DNA of 64,000 bases, from assembly GCA_041685125.1 (NCBI GenBank), contig JAWLGI010000008.1, positions 3,415 through 67,414 of the forward strand, read 5' to 3'. This DNA comes from Marivita sp. (GTDB lineage: Bacteria > Pseudomonadota > Alphaproteobacteria > Rhodobacterales > Rhodobacteraceae). Shown here one piece after another: positions 58,584 to 64,000 of this stretch; within the stretch, counting starts at the first letter, position 1, and the number at the start of each line of letters is the position of its first letter. Made by a program: the position numbers and the translations under genes. The notes under the pieces are model-generated. The model saw only the letters and a list, made by a program, of their open reading frames with translations. It had not been told where the DNA came from and did not search any database.

Positions 58584-60068
58584 ATGTCGCGGGCTGCCCT
58601 GACACGTCTCGCTGTCGTGATCGGACTCGTGTCGATCTTCGTTCTGGAATCGGCCAGGTCCGGCATCACGTTCACCGAACGCAAGGTCGGGAACACGCCG
58701 GTGACAACCCTGTCGCAGGACGGCGCAGACGGGCCAGACGTGGTTGTTGCCCATGGCTTTGCCGGATCCCGAGAAATGATGCACGGCTACGGGCTGGTTC
58801 TGGCACGGGCCGGGTACCGGGTGCACCTGTTCGATTTCCAGGGTCATGGCACGAACCCTGTGCCGATGTCCGGTGATGTCACGCAGATAGACGGCACAAC
58901 GCGGCGATTGTTGGATCAGACCAAGTCGGTGATTGCAGATATTCCCGAGCGCCAATCTGTCGCGCTGCTGGGTCATTCCATGGCAACCGATGTCTTGATC
59001 CGCGTTGCCGCCGAGGTCGAGACCGGACCGCTGGTCCTGCTATCCGCGTTTTCGCAGGCCGTGACAAAGACCCACCCGGAAAACATGCTCCTTGTCGCGG
59101 GTCAATGGGAACCCCATCTTCGCGCGTTCGGCGTGTCCACGCTCAGGATGCTTGATCCAGAGGCCGAGGAAGGCGAGACCGTCATGCGCGGGGATGTCAC
59201 CAGATCCGCGCGCGCTGCACGGTGGGTCGAGCATGTGTCCATCCTGCATTCGCGGGCCGGCCGTGCCGATGCGCTGAGCTGGCTGAACAGGTATTACGAC
59301 CGCACCGAAACAGTGCCGATCCCGTTTACCGGCTGGGCCTTCCTCGCGCTCATGGCGGCGATCACGCTGTTATCTGCCCCGCTCGCGCAGCGGCTCTTGC
59401 CAGACCGCGAACTGCCCCCGAAACAGCAACCCGGCATCGCGCGCTTTGTCGCCACGCTCGCGGTTCCGGCGATGCTGACGCCAGTCCTGGCCCTTCCCTT
59501 GGATTTCGGTGTCCTGCCGGTTCTGGTCGCCGACTACCTTGCGATTCACCTCGGCATCTTCGGCGTGCTGGCATTGGTGATGCAGCGGCTGCTTTGGGGA
59601 CGCGTGACATTCGGTTGGGTCGGGGCGTTTCCGATGGCTATCGCAAGTGTCTTACTGATTGCCTGGGGCATCGGTGTGTTCGGCTTTGCGCTCGATCGCT
59701 ATGGGGCGAATTTCTTTCCCGTGGCCGAGCGCCTGCCAATCATCGCAGCGCTGATCCTTGGGGCAGTGCCGTTCATGGTCGCGGATGCGCAACTGGTCTG
59801 GAAAGCGTCGATCTGGCGGCGCATCGGGGCGCGGGTCGCGCTTTTGGTGTCTCTGGGAATTGCAGTGGCACTGGATTTCGAAGGATTGTTCTTTCTGATC
59901 ATCATCGCGCCGGTGATCGTTCTGTTTTTTCTGGTTCACGGCACGATGGGACGGGCCTTCGGCAAACGCGCCGGGCCACTTGCCGCGGGTCTCGCGCTTG
60001 GTTTCATCCTCGCCTGGGCGCTTGGCGTCAGCTTTCCCATGTTCGACGCGTCAGGAGGCGGCACATGA
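58584..60068 (+). CDS. Alpha/beta hydrolase fused to a multi-TM C-terminal domain
   Basis: [14 protein letters not shown] nucleophile motif, EHVSIL; about 8 TM helices at the C-terminus. Confidence 0.8.
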   Translation: MSRAALTRLAVVIGLVSIFVLESARSGITFTERKVGNTPVTTLSQDGADGPDVVVAHGFAGSREMMHGYGLVLARAGYRVHLFDFQGHGTNPVPMSGDVTQIDGTTRRLLDQTKSVIADIPERQSVALLGHSMATDVLIRVAAEVETGPLVLLSAFSQAVTKTHPENMLLVAGQWEPHLRAFGVSTLRMLDPEAEEGETVMRGDVTRSARAARWVEHVSILHSRAGRADALSWLNRYYDRTETVPIPFTGWAFLALMAAITLLSAPLAQRLLPDRELPPKQQPGIARFVATLAVPAMLTPVLALPLDFGVLPVLVADYLAIHLGIFGVLALVMQRLLWGRVTFGWVGAFPMAIASVLLIAWGIGVFGFALDRYGANFFPVAERLPIIAALILGAVPFMVADAQLVWKASIWRRIGARVALLVSLGIAVALDFEGLFFLIIIAPVIVLFFLVHGTMGRAFGKRAGPLAAGLALGFILAWALGVSFPMFDASGGGT

Positions 60069-60478
60069 TACTCGGGATTGGCACCGATCTGGCAAATATC
60101 GACCGCATCGCCGGCACGCTGGAGCGGTTCGGCGACCGGTTCCGCAACCGGGTGTTCACCGACACCGAACAGCGCAAGTCCGAACGTCGCCGCGATGTCG
60201 CCGGAACCTATGCCAAACGCTGGGCCGCGAAAGAGGCCTGTTCCAAGGCGCTTGGCACCGGCTTGCGCATGGGAATCGCATGGAAGGACATGTCGGTACG
60301 AAACCTGCGCACGGGGCAACCCGTGATGGAGGTCACAGGATGGGCCCGGGAACGGCTGGACGAACTGACACCGCCGGGTTTCGAAGCGGTCATCCACGTC
60401 ACGCTGACCGATGATCACCCGTGGGCGCAGGCGATGGTGGTGATCGAAGCACGACCGCGTCCCGCCGCCTCTGCTTGA
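60065..60478 (+). CDS. acpS: Holo-ACP synthase
   Basis: [26 protein letters not shown]. Confidence 0.97.
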   Translation: MILGIGTDLANIDRIAGTLERFGDRFRNRVFTDTEQRKSERRRDVAGTYAKRWAAKEACSKALGTGLRMGIAWKDMSVRNLRTGQPVMEVTGWARERLDELTPPGFEAVIHVTLTDDHPWAQAMVVIEARPRPAASA

Positions 60479-60533
60479 CACCCGCGCCGCCCCCGCTCAT
60501 GTAGCGCGGGACACTCGAGCAAAAGGCAGGATC

Positions 60534-61370
60534 ATGGCCTCGGAATCCACCAAAAGCGGCACAATCGTCGAGACGATCAAAACCATCGTCTATGCCCTCT
60601 TGATTGCCGGGGTGTTCAGAACCCTGTTCTTCCAGCCTTTCTGGATACCTTCCGGATCGATGAAAGACACGCTGCTGATCGGCGATTTCCTGTTCGTGAA
60701 CAAGATGTCCTATGGCTATTCCTATGCCTCCTGCCCGTCGCTCTACCTGCCTGCCTTCGGGATCGACATCGACGCGACGGACCTGTGTGGCTGGGCCGAT
60801 GGCGACAACAGCCGCCTGTTCGGGTCCGAGCCTGATCGCGGCGATGTGGCTGTGTTTCGTCATCCGGTGACCGGCCGCGATTTCATCAAGCGCGTGATCG
60901 GCCTGCCCGGTGACGAGATCCAGATGATCCGCGGTGTGCTTCACATCAACGGGACCGCCGTCGAACTCGAGGAACAACCGGATTTCGAGGAAACCGCAAC
61001 CCCGCAAGGCCCGCAAGGCCTGCGCCCGCGCTGCGCCAATGGGCCAGTGGGCACCGGTGGGACCTGCGTCAAGGAACGCTTCCTGGAAACACTGCCCAAT
61101 GGCAAAACCCATTCGATCCTGAATATCGGCAACCAGGGCTCTGACAATACGCCGGTCTATACTGTCCCCGAGGGCCATTACTTCATGATGGGTGACAACC
61201 GCGACAATTCCTCGGACAGCCGTGTGCCCAGTGTTGCGGGCGGTGTCGGATATGTCCCATTCGAAAACCTCGTGGGCAAGGCAAATCGCGTGATCTTCTC
61301 GTCCGCCGGATCGTCGATGTTGTTCTTCTGGACATGGCGCGGTGACCGCTTCTTCGAGAAAATCGAATAG
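60534..61370 (+). CDS. lepB: Signal peptidase I
   Basis: [28 protein letters not shown]. Confidence 0.98.
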   Translation: MASESTKSGTIVETIKTIVYALLIAGVFRTLFFQPFWIPSGSMKDTLLIGDFLFVNKMSYGYSYASCPSLYLPAFGIDIDATDLCGWADGDNSRLFGSEPDRGDVAVFRHPVTGRDFIKRVIGLPGDEIQMIRGVLHINGTAVELEEQPDFEETATPQGPQGLRPRCANGPVGTGGTCVKERFLETLPNGKTHSILNIGNQGSDNTPVYTVPEGHYFMMGDNRDNSSDSRVPSVAGGVGYVPFENLVGKANRVIFSSAGSSMLFFWTWRGDRFFEKIE

Positions 61371-62059
61371 TGAAACTCTCGGCTGACCTGCAAGCGCTGT
61401 CGGGGCGTTTGGGGCATCGGTTCAACCGCCCCGAGTTGCTGGTCCGCGCAGTGACCCATTCCTCGCGCGGCGGCGCCAACCGGGAAGACAACCAGCGGCT
61501 GGAATTTCTTGGCGATCGTGTGCTTGGCCTTGTCATGGCCGAAGCGCTGCTGGCCGAGGACAAGGCCGCCAGCGAAGGCCAGCTGGCGCCCCGCTTCAAC
61601 GCCCTGGTGCGCAAGGAAACCTGCGCCGAGGTCGCGCGCGAGATCGATCTGGGCGCGGCACTCAAACTTGGCCGGTCGGAAATGCTGTCTGGCGGCCGGC
61701 GCAAGCAAGCCCTGTTGGGCGATGCACTGGAAGCGGTGATCGCGGCTGTCTACATCGATTCCGGGTTCGATGCCGCGAAAGAGTTGATCCTGCGCCTTTG
61801 GGGCAAGCGGATCGACTCGGTCAAGGAAGATGCCAGGGATGCCAAGACCGCGCTGCAAGAATGGGCGCAAGCCCGCGGCATGGCCCCACCCGTCTATGTC
61901 GAGCTGTCGCGCGACGGACCGGACCATGCCCCGATATTCGTCATCGAAGCCCGGCTGGAAAATGGGCAATCGGCAGATGCCAAGGCCGGATCGAAACGTC
62001 TGGCAGAACAGGCTGCAGCCAACGCGCTGATGGCTGTGATCGAAGCGGACCAGTCTTGA
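61370..62059 (+). CDS. rnc: Ribonuclease III
   Basis: [17 protein letters not shown], ds[12 protein letters not shown]. Confidence 0.98.
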   Translation: MKLSADLQALSGRLGHRFNRPELLVRAVTHSSRGGANREDNQRLEFLGDRVLGLVMAEALLAEDKAASEGQLAPRFNALVRKETCAEVAREIDLGAALKLGRSEMLSGGRRKQALLGDALEAVIAAVYIDSGFDAAKELILRLWGKRIDSVKEDARDAKTALQEWAQARGMAPPVYVELSRDGPDHAPIFVIEARLENGQSADAKAGSKRLAEQAAANALMAVIEADQS

Positions 62060-62955
62060 ACGACAATTTGCGTGGCAGCCTGTTCATGGTGCTGGCGATG
62101 CTGGGCTTTGCCATTGAGGACGCGTTCTTCAAGGCGGCGACCGGCACCGGCGATGTATCTGCCGGGGTTGGCACAATGTTGTTCGGCGTCTTCGGCACCG
62201 GGTTCTTTGTGCTCTACGCAATGTGGATCAAGGAACCGCTTGTCAGGCGCGCCTATGTCGAAGGCCCCCTATTGATTCGTTCTGCCTTTGAAATTCTCGG
62301 GCGCCTGTTCTTTGCGCTCAGCCTTGCTTTCGCGCCGCTGTCCACAACGTCTGCGATTCTTCAGGCCGCCCCACTGGTTGTGACGCTTGGCGCGGCGCTT
62401 GTGCTCAAGGAAAAGGTGGGATTGCGCCGCTGGATGGCGATGTCCGTCGGGTTTGTCGGGGTATTGATGATCGTCCGCCCGACACCCTCCGGCTTTGATG
62501 CAACCGCGACCTTCGCGCTCCTTGGCATGATCGGCTTTGCCGGGCGCGATCTGATGACCCGTGCCAGCCCGCCCGAGGTGTCGGCGACGCAATTGGGAAT
62601 TCTCGGCTTTCTGATGGTGTTCATCGCCGGTGTCGTAATCACACTCTTCGAGCCCGCGCCTTTGGCCGCGCCGAGCCTGCCCGCGCTGGCGCTTTTGGCC
62701 GGGACCGGACTGGCCGGTCTGATCGCCTACAGCGCCCTGACCAAGGCGATGCGCACCGGCGAAGTCTCGGTGGTCGCACCGTTCCGCTATGCCCGGCTTT
62801 TGATCGCGCTGGTCTTTGCCTATCTCATCTTCGGAGAACGGCCCGATGCGCTGACCCTGATCGGCGCCACCCTGATCGTCAGCAGCGGCGTCTACACCCT
62901 CGTGCGCAGCGGGCGCAAAGTCGGGGCTGGCTCTGGCCCACGATCTGGAGTATGA
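62056..62955 (+). CDS. DMT/EamA family transporter
   Basis: About 10 TM helices; VSVVAPFRY; TTGA overlap with rnc. Confidence 0.88.
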   Translation: MNDNLRGSLFMVLAMLGFAIEDAFFKAATGTGDVSAGVGTMLFGVFGTGFFVLYAMWIKEPLVRRAYVEGPLLIRSAFEILGRLFFALSLAFAPLSTTSAILQAAPLVVTLGAALVLKEKVGLRRWMAMSVGFVGVLMIVRPTPSGFDATATFALLGMIGFAGRDLMTRASPPEVSATQLGILGFLMVFIAGVVITLFEPAPLAAPSLPALALLAGTGLAGLIAYSALTKAMRTGEVSVVAPFRYARLLIALVFAYLIFGERPDALTLIGATLIVSSGVYTLVRSGRKVGAGSGPRSGV

Positions 62956-62983
62956 CGCCGCACTTCTGGAGATGGATGACAGT

Positions 62984-63892
62984 ATGACCACGCGCGCCGG
63001 TTTCGTCGCTTTGATCGGGGAGCCCAATGCGGGCAAATCCACGCTGACCAATCGGATGGTCGGCGCGAAGGTGTCCATCGTCACCCACAAGGTGCAAACG
63101 ACACGCGCGCGCATCCGCGGTGTGGCCATCGAAGAGGATACGCAGATCGTTCTGGTCGACACGCCCGGCCTCTTCCAACCGCGCCGACGGCTCGACCGCG
63201 CGATGGTCGCCGCTGCGTGGTCCGGGGCGTCGGATGCTGATGTCGTCGTCCTGCTGATCGAGGCGCATCGCGGGATCACGGATGGTGTCGAAGCGATCCT
63301 TGAAAACCTGGGCGAAGTGGCGGGCGACCGTCCGGTTGCCCTGGCCATCAACAAGATCGACCGGGTTGAAGCGCAGCATCTGCTGAAGCTGACGAAAGAC
63401 ATGAACGACAGGTTCCCCTTCACCGAAAGTTTCATGATTTCGGCTGAAAGGGGGCACGGCGTGAAGGACCTGCGCAGATGGCTCGCCTCCAGGATGCCGG
63501 AAAGCCCCTGGCTTTATCCAGAGGATCAGATCGCGGATTTGCCCCTGCGCATGATCGCGGCGGAAATGACCCGTGAAAAGCTCACCCTGCGCCTGCACCA
63601 GGAATTGCCCTACCAGCTCACAGTCGAGACCGAGAGCTGGGAAGAGCGCAAGGACGGCTCCGCCCGGATCGACCAGATCATCTACGTGGTCCGCGACGGG
63701 CACAAGGGCATCGTGCTGGGCAACAAGGGCGAGACGATAAAGGCCATCAGCAAGGCCGCGCGCGAAGAGCTTGAAGAGTTCCTCGGCCGCCGCATCCACC
63801 TGTTCATGCAGGTGAAGGTGCGCGAGAAGTGGCTGGACGAGGCCGAGCGGTATTCCGAGATGGGTCTCGATTTCAAGGACGGCAATGGCTGA
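62984..63892 (+). CDS. era: GTPase Era
   Basis: GEPNAGKST, QTTR, DTPG, NKID, KH domain; alternative start 62972. Confidence 0.98.
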   Translation: MTTRAGFVALIGEPNAGKSTLTNRMVGAKVSIVTHKVQTTRARIRGVAIEEDTQIVLVDTPGLFQPRRRLDRAMVAAAWSGASDADVVVLLIEAHRGITDGVEAILENLGEVAGDRPVALAINKIDRVEAQHLLKLTKDMNDRFPFTESFMISAERGHGVKDLRRWLASRMPESPWLYPEDQIADLPLRMIAAEMTREKLTLRLHQELPYQLTVETESWEERKDGSARIDQIIYVVRDGHKGIVLGNKGETIKAISKAAREELEEFLGRRIHLFMQVKVREKWLDEAERYSEMGLDFKDGNG

Positions 63893-64000
63893 GGCCCGGC
63901 TGGCCAGCGGCTTCTGGGTGCAAGCCTATCTGCGCCGCCTGTCCCTGGTCGACATCCCCGCCTTTGTGACAGCACATGGTGACGACACCGCGGGCGCGAT
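63885..64000 (+). CDS. DUF1491 family protein (partial)
   Basis: Hand-translated MAEARLASGFWVQAYLRRL...HGDDTAGA; usual position after era. Confidence 0.8.
   Translation, partial: MAEARLASGFWVQAYLRRLSLVDIPAFVTAHGDDTAGA

Overview
GC-rich core chromosome of an alphaproteobacterium. Gene order and protein sequences point to Rhodobacterales (Roseobacter group); this is inferred from sequence, not searched. About 70 protein genes are present, mostly housekeeping: lgt-MidA-pgeF, trxB, ccp, sat/cysC, hsp20, purEK, groESL, ffh-rpsP-rimM-trmD-rplS-rpmE, mipZ, smc, def x3-fmt, rnhA, a DEAD helicase, ispH and folK-rpoZ-rsh-pdxJ-acpS-lepB-rnc-era, with single accessory genes inserted among them. I saw no tRNA, rRNA, CRISPR array, transposase, integrase or prophage. 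The main interest is non-coding. (1) Two tandem ATTC-N8-GAAT operators (SqrR-type, persulfide-responsive) cover the promoter of an uncharacterised ~10-TM TsoY-like protein. (2) NrdR-box-like palindromes lie upstream of ybjN and smc, the latter overlapping a perfect DnaA box. (3) A three-palindrome repeat occurs twice and differs by compensatory changes; one copy forms a 33-codon ORF ATGA-coupled to both neighbours. (4) A second trmD 3' end survives in the rplS leader. (5) A deformylase paralog and a Hint domain have lost catalytic residues. Recognisable known elements include an FNR box, a ROSE thermometer, a variant CIRCE, RpoH promoters and the ffh leader. All family names come from motif recognition and need HMM confirmation.
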